Below, in pieces: positions 20,331-30,032 of a DNA stretch of 64,000 nucleotides; position 1 is the first letter of the stretch, and each line of letters starts with the position of its first letter. The translations under genes and the position numbers were made by a program. The notes below the pieces were generated by a model. The model did no database searches. It was given only the letters and a program-made list of their open reading frames with translations, and was not told where the DNA came from. Source of the DNA: Desulfomonilia bacterium (GTDB taxonomy: Bacteria > Desulfobacterota > Desulfomonilia > UBA1062); contig CAXXDQ010000004.1 in NCBI GenBank assembly GCA_963664325.2, forward strand, positions 640,001 through 704,000, written 5' to 3'.

Positions 20331-21704
20331 ATGAGTGAGAAGCCGAGAGTAGCGATAGTGAAAAAGGAAATACCTGTTGCTGCCGCCGATATAAGTGAGA
20401 TGGTGCACAAGGCCATTGACCTCATTGGCGGACTTTCAGGGAAATTCAAGAAAGGCGGCCATGTAGTGATAAAGCCGAATCTCTTCGCGCCCTATCCGCC
20501 CCCCATCTCTGTTGACCGCCGTGTAATTGCTTCGGTTGTATCTCTTGCCCGCAAGGCCGGGGCCGGCAGGGTGACGGTGATCGAGGGTGTTAGCATGGGC
20601 ACGCTGATGAAGAGAGTCAACCCTGCACTCTCTGGCGTATGCATGCGGCGCGGGTTCAGCACTATTGAGGTGATGCGGATGCTGGGCGTGAAGAAGGCGG
20701 TTGAGGATGCGGGCGGCGAGGTGCTCGGGGTCGAGGACGCAGAGAAGGTCACAATAGACATAAAAGGGGGCATGGCTCTGCACCGTGTAGAATACCCGAA
20801 GGTGATTCTCGAGGCCGATTATTTCATCAACATGCCGGCCCTCAAGACGCACGGTATGACCATGGTGACGCTTTCATTAAAAAACCTTCAGGGGCTTCTT
20901 GATGAAAAGAGCCGGTATTACTCTCATCGCGACGACCTGGACCAGCACATGGTCGACATCAACAAGATCCGGCTGCCGGACCTTGTAATCCTGGACGGCC
21001 TTATTGGCATGGAGGGAATGGGCGCGGGAGAGGGCGGAACCCCTGTGGATATGGGGATAATAATGGCCGGGCACGACCCGGTTGCCGTGGATTCCATTGC
21101 CTCGATGTGCATGGGGATCGAGAACCCGTTTGTCGTGGGCACCACGCGCATAGCAGTACATGACGGCCTGGGGTGCGCAAACCCCTTCCTTATCGAGGTA
21201 GTTGGTGAGAGAGTGGAGAGCGTAAAGAAGAAATTCATGCTGCCGATAAATTTCACGCAGCCTGTGGAAAGTCTTGTCACAGGCATTTTTCCCAATATCG
21301 ACCTCTATATCGGCGGCGCCTGCTCCGCGTGCTGGCTCAATACCATACTGGTTCAAGGCCTGCTTGCCGGGGTGCCCGAGCGATTTTCCCTGATCGTGGG
21401 CGTCGATCCCAAGGTTCCTCAAAATCTTGCAACAGACCTCGACCATACCTTTTTCCTCGGGGAATGCGCCCTTGCAACAGGCGGAGATCTGCGCGACATG
21501 CGAAACGAGATGCAGCTCAAGGGGAAGGACATGTTCCTCGGCGGATGCCCGCCGTATGAGCAGGCGCTGGTGAAACTGGAGGATATGCTTGTGCGCCTGG
21601 GGCACCTGAGCGAAAAGAAGATGATAGAAAAGGCGCATGAGCAGCGGAAAAGGTTTTTCGACTATTACCGCGCCCGCGATGCCACATGGGTGCCGGAGGT
21701 GTAA
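20331..21704 (+). CDS. DUF362 family protein with C-terminal Cys cluster
   Basis: VVIKPNL, PALKTH, SLKNLQG, DPVAVD; C-terminal ACSAC..GEC..GCPP Fe-S-like motif. Confidence 0.85.
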   Translation: MSEKPRVAIVKKEIPVAAADISEMVHKAIDLIGGLSGKFKKGGHVVIKPNLFAPYPPPISVDRRVIASVVSLARKAGAGRVTVIEGVSMGTLMKRVNPALSGVCMRRGFSTIEVMRMLGVKKAVEDAGGEVLGVEDAEKVTIDIKGGMALHRVEYPKVILEADYFINMPALKTHGMTMVTLSLKNLQGLLDEKSRYYSHRDDLDQHMVDINKIRLPDLVILDGLIGMEGMGAGEGGTPVDMGIIMAGHDPVAVDSIASMCMGIENPFVVGTTRIAVHDGLGCANPFLIEVVGERVESVKKKFMLPINFTQPVESLVTGIFPNIDLYIGGACSACWLNTILVQGLLAGVPERFSLIVGVDPKVPQNLATDLDHTFFLGECALATGGDLRDMRNEMQLKGKDMFLGGCPPYEQALVKLEDMLVRLGHLSEKKMIEKAHEQRKRFFDYYRARDATWVPEV

Positions 21705-21733
21705 CGCGGCGAATAATACGCAAGGAGGTTGAT

Positions 21734-23302
21734 ATGGCCGGGAAAGAATACGTGATCGCGATTGATTCAGGGACACAAAGCGTGCGTGCCATAATGTTCG
21801 ACCGCGAGGGAAAAGAGGTGGCCGCAGCACAGGCGCAGCACGAACCCTATTTCTCGCTGAACCCCGGCTGGGCCGAGCAGAACACCGAAGATTACTGGTC
21901 AAAGCTCTGCCAGTGCACCAGGGGGCTGATGGACAAGGTAAAGATCGACCCCAGGGAGATATCCGGCATAGGCATCACCACCCAGCGCGCCACGGTCATA
22001 CCTGTCGACAAAAATGGAAATGCCCTGCGTCCGGCCATCATTTGGCTGGACCTGCGCACAAATCCCAATACAACGGCCATGGACAAGACCATCGAGTTTG
22101 CCGGCAACATGTTAGGCGGCCTTGCCGGGGCCCTCATGTATGCCCATCAGAATTCCAAGTTTCTGTGGATCAGGCAGAACGAACCGGACATATACAAAAA
22201 AGCCCATAAGATCATGCATGTGTCAGGGTGGTTCGTTCATAAGCTCACCGGGGAGTTCAAGGATTCGTATGCCATGCTTGCCGGCATCTACCCGTTTGAC
22301 TACAAGGCGCTCTGCTACTTTGGTGCAGGCATGGGCTTTGTATATGACTCCCTTGGTATCGAGAAGGAGCAGTGTGTCGACCTCTACCCGCCTGACACCA
22401 TCCTTGGCCAGATAAGCGCCGCGGCAGCCGCCGAGACAGGACTTCCTGCCGGCCTTCCCGTAGTGGTCGGCGCTGGCGACAAGCAGTCGGAGCTGCTTGG
22501 CACAGGCGCAATCGATTCCAATATAGGCGTCATCAGTTACGGCACCGCAACCATGATGGAGATTATCACGCGAAAGTTCATTGCCGGGCAGAACATGACA
22601 TTTTTCACCTGGCCTGCTGCAATTCCCGGAATCTGGGACATCGAAATGATGATCCCGCGCGGTTTCTGGATGGTCTCATGGTTCAAGCAGGAGTTCGGCC
22701 ACAGGGAAATGGTGGAGGCCGAAAAAAGGGGGATCGCTCCTGAAGCGGTTCTCGATGAGGTAATACGCGACATTCCCCCCGGAAGCATGGGGCTCATGCT
22801 CCATCCATACTGGTACCCCATAGGGAATGACGCCTACTCAAAAGGCTCCATCATCGGATTCGGCGATGTTCATACCAGGGCTCATATCTACAGGGCCATA
22901 CTCGAAGGCCTGGGGTATGAGCTGAAGAGACTTTCAGGAATCGTAGAAAATAAAACAGGAATTCCCCTCAAAGAAATCAGGGTGGGAGGAGGCGGATCAA
23001 AGAGCGATATGACCGTGCAGATCGCCGCTGATATTTCCGGTCTTCCGACATACAGAATGGCGACACCTGAAACCTGTGCACTAGGCGCTGCAATTGACGC
23101 CGCTGTTGGAACAGGCATGTTTGATAATTTTGAAGATGCAGTAGCATCAATGACAAAAAGGGGAAGAGTCTTCGAGCCTGATAAGGAGAATGCGAAAATA
23201 TATAACGATCTGTTCAACGAGGTATACATGAAGATTTGCAAAACCATGGCGCCTCTTAATAAAAAGATTGCAAAGATCACCGGGTATCCGGCGGTAAAGT
23301 AA
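21734..23302 (+). CDS. FGGY-family carbohydrate kinase
   Basis: Start refined (AAGGAGG RBS); AIDSGTQSVR, IWLDLR, GDKQ, GGGSKS. Confidence 0.92.
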   Translation: MAGKEYVIAIDSGTQSVRAIMFDREGKEVAAAQAQHEPYFSLNPGWAEQNTEDYWSKLCQCTRGLMDKVKIDPREISGIGITTQRATVIPVDKNGNALRPAIIWLDLRTNPNTTAMDKTIEFAGNMLGGLAGALMYAHQNSKFLWIRQNEPDIYKKAHKIMHVSGWFVHKLTGEFKDSYAMLAGIYPFDYKALCYFGAGMGFVYDSLGIEKEQCVDLYPPDTILGQISAAAAAETGLPAGLPVVVGAGDKQSELLGTGAIDSNIGVISYGTATMMEIITRKFIAGQNMTFFTWPAAIPGIWDIEMMIPRGFWMVSWFKQEFGHREMVEAEKRGIAPEAVLDEVIRDIPPGSMGLMLHPYWYPIGNDAYSKGSIIGFGDVHTRAHIYRAILEGLGYELKRLSGIVENKTGIPLKEIRVGGGGSKSDMTVQIAADISGLPTYRMATPETCALGAAIDAAVGTGMFDNFEDAVASMTKRGRVFEPDKENAKIYNDLFNEVYMKICKTMAPLNKKIAKITGYPAVK

Positions 23303-23338
23303 TTTGAAGGGCAATAATTAAAATAAGGTGGTGCGAAC

Positions 23339-24709
23339 ATGGAAAAGGAAAATTCAACAACCAAATCAGCTGATAAAATCTCCTTTGGCGAATCGGTCGG
23401 ATTCGGGCTCGGCAATTTCGGCGCCATGTTTGTCTGGAATACCATGACTCTGTTCATGGTGTATTTTCTGACCGACGTGGCCGGGGTGGTGGCTGCCATG
23501 GCAGGCGTCATCGTTTTTTCTGTAAGGTTCTTTGACGCTTTCATCGATCCGTTAGTTGGGTTCATCTCCGATCGCACGCACACCCGCTGGGGCCAGAAGC
23601 GGCCCTTTATACTCATAGGTGCGGTCCCGCTGGCCGTCTTCTTTGCCTTATGTTTCATGGTGCCGGATATTGCCCCGGGCGGCAAGTATTTCTACTATTT
23701 CCTGATGCTGCTGCTGACATGGGTAGCCTATTCCGTTTACAACATACCTTATAATGCACTGCTGTCGACCATGACTTTTGATGCTGTAGAGCGGTCAAGG
23801 GTTTCAGGATACTACCAGATTTTAACTTTCATAGGGATTATAATTACGGCAGCATTGACCAAACCATTAGCGGCCGCTTTCCCCACGCCGCAGATCGGTT
23901 GGCAGATGGTGGGAATTATCTTTGGCGCAATCACGCTGATCTCGCTCTTGGCGACATTCTGGACTGTTAAGGAGAGGTACGCAGCCGAGCCAGGCGTACA
24001 TTACAAGACAAAGGATATAACGCGCCTGCTGTTCCGTAATAAGCCGTTCATGATACTGGCGGCAGCAGCCATGTGCATATTCATGTCTTTCACCCTGTGT
24101 GGCACGATGCTGAACTATTTCTTTAAATATAATATGGAGAATGAGGGGCTTTTCTCCGTTGCCATGGGAATCACGATGGTGGTTGCCCTGCTGTTTATAC
24201 CGGTGTGGGTATTCATTTTCGGCAAGATCGGCAAGAAGGCGGGCTACATACTCGGGCTCTGCATATATGCCGTCTCGCTAGCTGCTATCTATGTGCAAGC
24301 GTTTATCCCCAAGCCGGAACTGACTATCCTGGTGCCCCTGTTCGTATTTGCCGGCATCGGCAACAGCTGTTTTCAGCTGGGCTTATGGGCGCTGCTGCCG
24401 GACACGGTTGAATATGCACAGTGGAAGCTGGGGGCGAGGACCGAAGGGATTCAGTACGGCTTCTACCTGTTCGTCGGCAAGCTCGGGTCCTCCCTGGCGA
24501 TACTTTTGGCAGGCTGGAGTTTGGGCCTGTTCGGATATGTGGCCAATGTCGCCCAGTCGGATACCTCACTTACGGGTATAAGGCTGCTGAGCAGCTTCGG
24601 CCCAGCGGTTCTAATTATCATAGCAATTATAATCCTCAGTTTCTATCCCATAACTGAGAAAATGCATAAAAAGATTGTAGATGAGTTAAGCCAGAGATCA
24701 GCAGCATAA
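23339..24709 (+). CDS. GPH/MelB-family MFS symporter
   Basis: DAFIDPLVGFISDRTHTRWGQKRPF, PDTVEY, RTEG motifs. Confidence 0.92.
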   Translation: MEKENSTTKSADKISFGESVGFGLGNFGAMFVWNTMTLFMVYFLTDVAGVVAAMAGVIVFSVRFFDAFIDPLVGFISDRTHTRWGQKRPFILIGAVPLAVFFALCFMVPDIAPGGKYFYYFLMLLLTWVAYSVYNIPYNALLSTMTFDAVERSRVSGYYQILTFIGIIITAALTKPLAAAFPTPQIGWQMVGIIFGAITLISLLATFWTVKERYAAEPGVHYKTKDITRLLFRNKPFMILAAAAMCIFMSFTLCGTMLNYFFKYNMENEGLFSVAMGITMVVALLFIPVWVFIFGKIGKKAGYILGLCIYAVSLAAIYVQAFIPKPELTILVPLFVFAGIGNSCFQLGLWALLPDTVEYAQWKLGARTEGIQYGFYLFVGKLGSSLAILLAGWSLGLFGYVANVAQSDTSLTGIRLLSSFGPAVLIIIAIIILSFYPITEKMHKKIVDELSQRSAA

Positions 24710-24756
24710 GTGCCTGTAACACAGACTGTATATTTACTGATCATTAAGAGGCGATT

Positions 24757-24906
24757 ATGGCAGACGAAATGTTTATCCCAGATTGGACAAAGAATAAACC
24801 GGCGCTCAATCATCTGCAGGAGATTCTTTCAGTCCGAGCCGAATCACTTAGAGAAGATGAAGGCAAAGAAAGAACAGGGATTCCCCTGACGGAAATCCGG
24901 GTGTGA
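24757..24906 (+). pseudogene. Probable 5' remnant of a second alkyl-DHAP-synthase-like gene
   Basis: AAGAGG RBS; MADEMFIPDWTKNKP resembles the N-terminus of 18456 (FRPDWSEKAP), then the similarity is lost; 49 aa. Confidence 0.4.
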
Positions 24907-25442
24907 GGTGGCGGATCATAACGGCAACACGGGCTTTTATGAAAAGGACATAAGGGAGACAGAAAGCTTATCCTGGGTGTTTCATAAGACCGGGGAAAAA
25001 CCTACGGGCAATATCCTTGAAAACAAACCATATGACAGCTCCGCCGAGACTCTCGGCCAAAACAACGACCTGGCCTGTTCAATGAATACTGACGGCTTCA
25101 CTGCCAGCATCCCTGATTTCAACTGCTACAATCCGCCCGCTACGCTCGAAATATGACTTTCAGGAGGAAGCTCTATAAGCCTTCCCCTGCACTACCGGGA
25201 GCGGGCACGCGGCAGGAATCGACAATGATCCCAGGCTTTTCCTGGGTGCAATAGAGGCACCGCAGTCATTCATCGATTCACTGAAAGACGCACCTGAAGA
25301 GATGAAGGCCTTTGCAGGGAAATATCTCGAAATAAATGACGGCCGCTTTACCGAAATACGCATTACAGTGGCGCTCGATTCGCTCGAAATCAAAGGCTCT
25401 GGGCTTGACTGGAGTTTTACTGGAAACGGAAACGTGAACTGA
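24898..25442 (+). pseudogene. Decayed 3' copy of the 14376-15833 lipoprotein gene
   Basis: Aligns to about 15264-15773; AGA>TGA nonsense at 25154-25156; 14-nt deletion near 25201; no 5' part. Confidence 0.9.
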
Positions 25443-25453
25443 TGGAGAGAAAA

Positions 25454-25642
25454 ATGAAACCTGGAATTCTATTAGTTGCCTTCATATTGTTTATTCCTTC
25501 TCTTGCCGGTGCGGATGTGTTGGAGCCTGTTCAAGATACGGAATTATAAAAGATACTTGCCAATTTGGAAATTCTTGCAGAGACCAGCAGCGTCATTTCC
25601 AAAGTTTGTCTTCAGGTATTTCGTAGCCATAAATCAGGGTAA
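25454..25642 (+). pseudogene. Decayed exported-protein gene
   Basis: GGAGAG RBS; MKPGILLVAFILFIPSLAGA signal peptide, TAA after 31 codons, and the frame stays open beyond it. Confidence 0.35.
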
Positions 25643-25806
25643 CTCTGATTGTGAACACCTTCCAAGATTTATATCAATAGGTTCATGATTTATAGAGAGT
25701 ATCTGATTCTGAAGTCAGATTGTATCCAAGCAGCAAAATATAGTTAGCAGCAGTTGGGAAACCCAAGGTTTGGATAAAAACCTAAATTGGAAAGGAGGAA
25801 TGGAAG

Positions 25807-26016
25807 ATGCTTAATTTCACAGGAAAAACTCCACAAGGAGAGATAATAAATTTTAAATTTAACGAGATCAGGCATATTATGAAGAATGCTGACCTAGTAA
25901 TCCTGGAAAGACCCAGGGATGTTCTCGTAAAATTCTCCACCGTCGAAGTGAAAAACTACGGGAAGAGAAATAGCGACTCATATTTTCGGTTGGCCGGCTT
26001 AGCCTCCAGGTTGTAG
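25807..26016 (+). CDS. Small hypothetical protein or remnant
   Basis: AGGAGG RBS, 69 aa; no recognised family. Confidence 0.4.
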   Translation: MLNFTGKTPQGEIINFKFNEIRHIMKNADLVILERPRDVLVKFSTVEVKNYGKRNSDSYFRLAGLASRL

Positions 26017-26114
26017 AAATGCCGTCCATCTATAGGAGGTGATATGACTGAATATTTTCCCTGTATTTCACTGTTAGACAGAACAACATACCCAAAAAAC
26101 AGTAGGTAATCGCG

Positions 26115-26486
26115 ATGATCCCTGAAAAACTGTTGGAAATTATGAAAAAAGATGGGGTTGTTGCCATTGCGACATTGGGAAAGGATGGACCGCATATGGT
26201 CAACACCTGGAATAACTACATCAGAATATCATCAGACTGTCGATTGTTCATTCCTGCAGGTTACATGCATAAGACAGAGGCTAATATTGCCCACAACCCC
26301 AATGTGCTGATTACGCTGGGTAGCAGCAAGGTTGAAGGCCTGCACGGTGCAGGCGCCGGGTTCTTGATCAAGGGAAAGGCGACTTTCATAACATCAGGAC
26401 CTGATTTTGATTTTATGAAGGCAAAATTCAGTTGGCTGCGAGCCACCCTGGCCGTTACCATCGATTCTGTCACTCAAACCTGGTGA
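26115..26486 (+). CDS. Pyridoxamine 5'-phosphate oxidase family / FMN-binding split-barrel protein (cassette 1)
   Basis: DGVVAIAT..GPHMVNTWN..PAGYMHKTEAN..TLGS motif of FMN-binding proteins. Confidence 0.88.
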   Translation: MIPEKLLEIMKKDGVVAIATLGKDGPHMVNTWNNYIRISSDCRLFIPAGYMHKTEANIAHNPNVLITLGSSKVEGLHGAGAGFLIKGKATFITSGPDFDFMKAKFSWLRATLAVTIDSVTQTW

Positions 26487-26562
26487 TGGTGATTGGGTAG
26501 TCTGTACGATACAGTTTAGTGATTTTGGCAGGCATGTGAAAAGTTTAGATCATAATTAAACT

Positions 26563-26622
26563 GTCTAACAATCGCATCCACACGGACGCGCTTACGTTCG
26601 CCGGTGATGCGTGCAGTTAGGC
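26563..26622 (+). repeat. attC site 1
   Basis: R'' GTCTAAC, L'' CGCATC(C)AC with an extra base, L' GTGATGCG, R' GTTAGGC; 60 bp. Confidence 0.85.
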
Positions 26623-26672
26623 GCATGCGGCACCGCCTTCAAATGCCGCAACAAAAAAAAGGAGGTTTTTAT

Positions 26673-26978
26673 ATGAAAATGTTACTTACAGTCGAATTCC
26701 CACCTGAGCCTTTCAACTCCCTCGTCAGAAACGGCAAGGTGGGCGAGGTCATCGGGCGTATCCTCGATGCAATCAAGCCAGAGACAGCCTATTTCACGGA
26801 TCAAGATGGAAAACGGGGAGCAATTTTTGCGGTTGATGTAAAAACGCCATCAGATGTGCCCTTCTTTGCAGAGCCCTTCTTTCTCAACTTCCAGGCCACT
26901 TGTAAATTTCACATTCTAATGAGCCCAGAGGATCTGCAAAAAGCTGGCCTAGACGATCTAGGTAAGAAGTGGTCATGA
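26673..26978 (+). CDS. Small conserved hypothetical protein (DUF3303-like; cassette 2)
   Basis: AGGAGG RBS; PEPFN..KPETAYF..GKRG..AEPFFL..MSPEDL motifs; 101 aa. Confidence 0.75.
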   Translation: MKMLLTVEFPPEPFNSLVRNGKVGEVIGRILDAIKPETAYFTDQDGKRGAIFAVDVKTPSDVPFFAEPFFLNFQATCKFHILMSPEDLQKAGLDDLGKKWS

Positions 26979-26983
26979 AATCA

Positions 26984-27045
26984 GCCTGACAATGCGGTCA
27001 ATGGGACGGCGTAAAAGCGCGCCGCCCCTTACCTTTACGTTATTA
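26984..27045 (+). repeat. attC site 2 (degenerate)
   Basis: R'' GCCTGAC (one mismatch to GCCTAAC), GGT(C)AA/TTACC L boxes, CGGCG/CGCCG stem, R' GTTATTA. Confidence 0.7.
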
Positions 27046-27405
27046 TTTTCAAAGGTTATTTGTAGTGAAATCTTCTTATATAAAACTGCAAATAATGGCG
27101 CGTCATCTTCAAATAATTGTACTTCCTGAAAGTCCAGATATCTTGATGATATCAAAGCTCAGCTTGTATTAAAACATATTCCCATAAGATCATGAGCCCA
27201 GGCTTTTAGATTGAATGACAAGGTCATATCTTACCGGGATGATCTTTCAGATCGGATCTGGATTTTTAAAAATAATTCAATATAAATATCTATTAAATTA
27301 GTCTGTTTTTAATTTGTCCATATTCAAGCCCTCTTTTTTCTGTCGCGGTCCCCTTTATTATGTCATTAAGAAAAATATCAATAAAATCTGTTGAGGGGAG
27401 AGCTT

Positions 27406-28869
27406 ATGGGAAACAAAGATGTAAACGGTAAACTGAAGCTCGGCACCAAGATCGGCTATGGCATGGGCGACATATTCGGCGGCGGGTCAATCACCGTCGT
27501 AACCATGTACTACATGATATTCCTGACCGATGTTGCAGGGATAAGCCCGTACCTGATCGCAATAATCTTCCCCGTGAACAAGATATGGAGCGCCATAGCC
27601 GACCCTCTCATAGGCATCATATCCGACCGTACGCGCACTGGCATGGGCAGGCGCAGGCCGTTCTTCCTGGCCGGCATATTCATGATAATCCTGTCTTTCT
27701 TCATCATGTGGTTCCCTGTCAGGACTGAAAATGAAACGCTCAAGTTCTTCTACTTCCTGTTCACGTTCCTGGTATATTCGACGACCTTTTCCCTGGTCTG
27801 GGTACCATACACGGCGCTTGCCAGCGAGATGACCGAGGACTACGACGAGCGCACCAAGCTTGCCACCTACCGCATGGTGTTCTCGGGCCTTTCAAGCATA
27901 GTCTGCGCGACTCTTCCCATGGTTGTCGTCAAGCAGTTCGGGGACATCAGGACCGGCTACATGGTCATGTCTATCGTGTTCGCCCTGTTCTTTGCGCTAC
28001 CGTATATCATGGTCATAAAGACCACCTTCGAGAGGGAGGATTTCCACAAGGACGTCTCTCACATAAAATTCAGCCGGTTCGTGAAGGAGAACTTTTTCGC
28101 GCCCTTCAAGCTCAAGCCGTTCACACTGGTTGCGCTCATGTACCTGACCGCATTTGTTGCTACAGATATAATTATGGTGCTCCTGGCCTATTTCATGACC
28201 TATTACATGAGGAACAAGGGGCTCATGGAGCTTCTGACCGCAGTAGTCTTCGGCCTTATGCCGTTCATCATACCTCTTGTCGAGATGCTGGCGCTCAAGA
28301 TAGGAAAGAGAGGGACATTCATAGCCGCCGCATGCCTGTGGATCCTGTCTTTTCTTTACACGTTCACAATGCATCCGGGCTCGTCCACGCCGATGCTCGT
28401 GGTTTTCGGAGTCATGTTCAGCATAGCGACCGCTGGCATACATGTTATGGTGTTTGCCATCTTCCCTGACATACCGGATGTCGACGAGCTGATATCAGGC
28501 CAGAGGAGGGAGGGCATTTTTTCGGGCCTGTTCTCGTTTTTAAGAAAAGTGGGCTCGGGCATCGCCTTGTCAGTCGTGCCTCTGTGCATCGGCCTTGCCG
28601 GCTACGTCAAACCCGTACAGACCGTGGTGAACGGCCAGACGAAGCTGATCGAGCAGGTACAGTCCGAGGCCGTCATAACGACTATAAGATATCTTTTCGG
28701 TCTGGTCCCGATAGCGCTCGCCTGCATAGCGCTGCTTATATGCATCATGTATCCGGTGACCAGGGAGGCGCATGCAAGGCTTCGCACATACCTTGATAAA
28801 AAGCGTGCCGGCGAAACCGGTCCTGATATGGATGCCGAAGCTGCATGGCTCATGGAGAAACTGCTTTAA
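27406..28869 (+). CDS. GPH family symporter (UidB/MelB-like), copy 1
   Basis: DPLIGIISDRTRTGMGRRRPF, RREG motifs; paralog of 31676. Confidence 0.92.
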   Translation: MGNKDVNGKLKLGTKIGYGMGDIFGGGSITVVTMYYMIFLTDVAGISPYLIAIIFPVNKIWSAIADPLIGIISDRTRTGMGRRRPFFLAGIFMIILSFFIMWFPVRTENETLKFFYFLFTFLVYSTTFSLVWVPYTALASEMTEDYDERTKLATYRMVFSGLSSIVCATLPMVVVKQFGDIRTGYMVMSIVFALFFALPYIMVIKTTFEREDFHKDVSHIKFSRFVKENFFAPFKLKPFTLVALMYLTAFVATDIIMVLLAYFMTYYMRNKGLMELLTAVVFGLMPFIIPLVEMLALKIGKRGTFIAAACLWILSFLYTFTMHPGSSTPMLVVFGVMFSIATAGIHVMVFAIFPDIPDVDELISGQRREGIFSGLFSFLRKVGSGIALSVVPLCIGLAGYVKPVQTVVNGQTKLIEQVQSEAVITTIRYLFGLVPIALACIALLICIMYPVTREAHARLRTYLDKKRAGETGPDMDAEAAWLMEKLL

Positions 28870-28958
28870 TCCTGGGAATAGTTTTATCGGGACGGCTGGC
28901 ATGCTTCAGGGGCTTCATAAGGGGCGATTATGGCGCCATCCTTGGACTTATGGTTTTT

Positions 28959-30032
28959 TTAGTAATCACCGCGCCAGAGCTGGTGAGCTGTACGGTCGGT
29001 CGGAATGGCATCCGCAAGTGCAACCGGCTGCTTGCGGTTGGCGCTCAAGGCGGCCGCCAGCAAAATGGCCAGAACATCCCTGCCATCCTGGCCGTTTTGG
29101 CGCGGGGTCACTCCCTGACGGAAACAATCAGCGAAGTGTTTCATCTGGGTGTTATATCCATTGTTGGCAATAAATTTTCTGAGGTTGAAATTGAGCCGGC
29201 CCGGGAAATCAATATCGCGACTCACCCCCTCTGGCGAGACCAAAGAGATCCAATGGGGAAGAGTGTTAGTTACCTTAAGCGTACCCCTCGTTCCGCTTAT
29301 CTCATAGAACTCTTCGTCCGGAGGGGCTTCCCATGAGCCCTTCAAATCGATGATGATGCCACCTGCGGTCTCTACCTTGACCTCGGTTAAAGTATCGATA
29401 TCTCCGATGGCTGACTTAAGCATACTGGCCGCGGCGACGCGCAGGACCTCGGGTTTGTCAAGCAGATAAAGCGAGCCCGAGAGTACATGCGGAACAAGGT
29501 TAACGACGACTCCGCCGCCCGAGAGTGCCGGATCCCAGAACCAGCAGATCTCCCGTCCGCCATGGACGGAAGCCGCCTTGATGGTGTGGACGTTCCCGAT
29601 TTCGCCCGCGGCGACGAGCTCGCGGGCTTTTATGAGAGGGGAGGAGAAGGCATGGTTCTCGGCGTAGCCGATGGCGACACCCGCTTTGGCCGCCGCAGCG
29701 ATGATGGCGTCAGCCTCCTTAAGGGTCATGGCCATGGGCTTCTCGATCACGATATGCTTGCCGGCCTTGATCGCCGTCAGGCTGTGCTGCAACCGGAGAT
29801 AGTTGGGACCCTGGATGAAGACGACATCCACATCCTTGCGGCCGCACATGGCCTCGAGTTCGGCAAAGGCATACGGCGCAACGTCAAACAGTTTCGCGCG
29901 GCGCTTGGCCGCGGCGGGGTTGTTCGAGGCCAAGGCCACGACCTTGATATCGGAAAAGTCGAGCGAGGCCAACATGTGCATCGAAGCAATGGAACCCGCC
30001 CCGGCAAAAGCGATCCCTAAAGGATTATTCAT
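28959..30032 (-). CDS. Gfo/Idh/MocA oxidoreductase
   Basis: GAGSIA, IEKPMA, SGGG motifs. Confidence 0.9.
   Translation of the reverse strand: MNNPLGIAFAGAGSIASMHMLASLDFSDIKVVALASNNPAAAKRRAKLFDVAPYAFAELEAMCGRKDVDVVFIQGPNYLRLQHSLTAIKAGKHIVIEKPMAMTLKEADAIIAAAAKAGVAIGYAENHAFSSPLIKARELVAAGEIGNVHTIKAASVHGGREICWFWDPALSGGGVVVNLVPHVLSGSLYLLDKPEVLRVAAASMLKSAIGDIDTLTEVKVETAGGIIIDLKGSWEAPPDEEFYEISGTRGTLKVTNTLPHWISLVSPEGVSRDIDFPGRLNFNLRKFIANNGYNTQMKHFADCFRQGVTPRQNGQDGRDVLAILLAAALSANRKQPVALADAIPTDRTAHQLWRGDY

Larger units (their letters stand above)
26073..27045 (+). mobile_element. Two-cassette integron array lacking an integrase (CALIN-like)
   Basis: Core site GTTAGAC at 26073, ORF, attC 26563-26622, ORF, attC 26984-27045. 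Each cassette's start core is complementary to its own inverse core. Confidence 0.8.

Noticed and set aside
20877-21902. 341-aa minus-strand ORF
   Set aside because: Antisense to DUF362/FGGY genes; no motifs.
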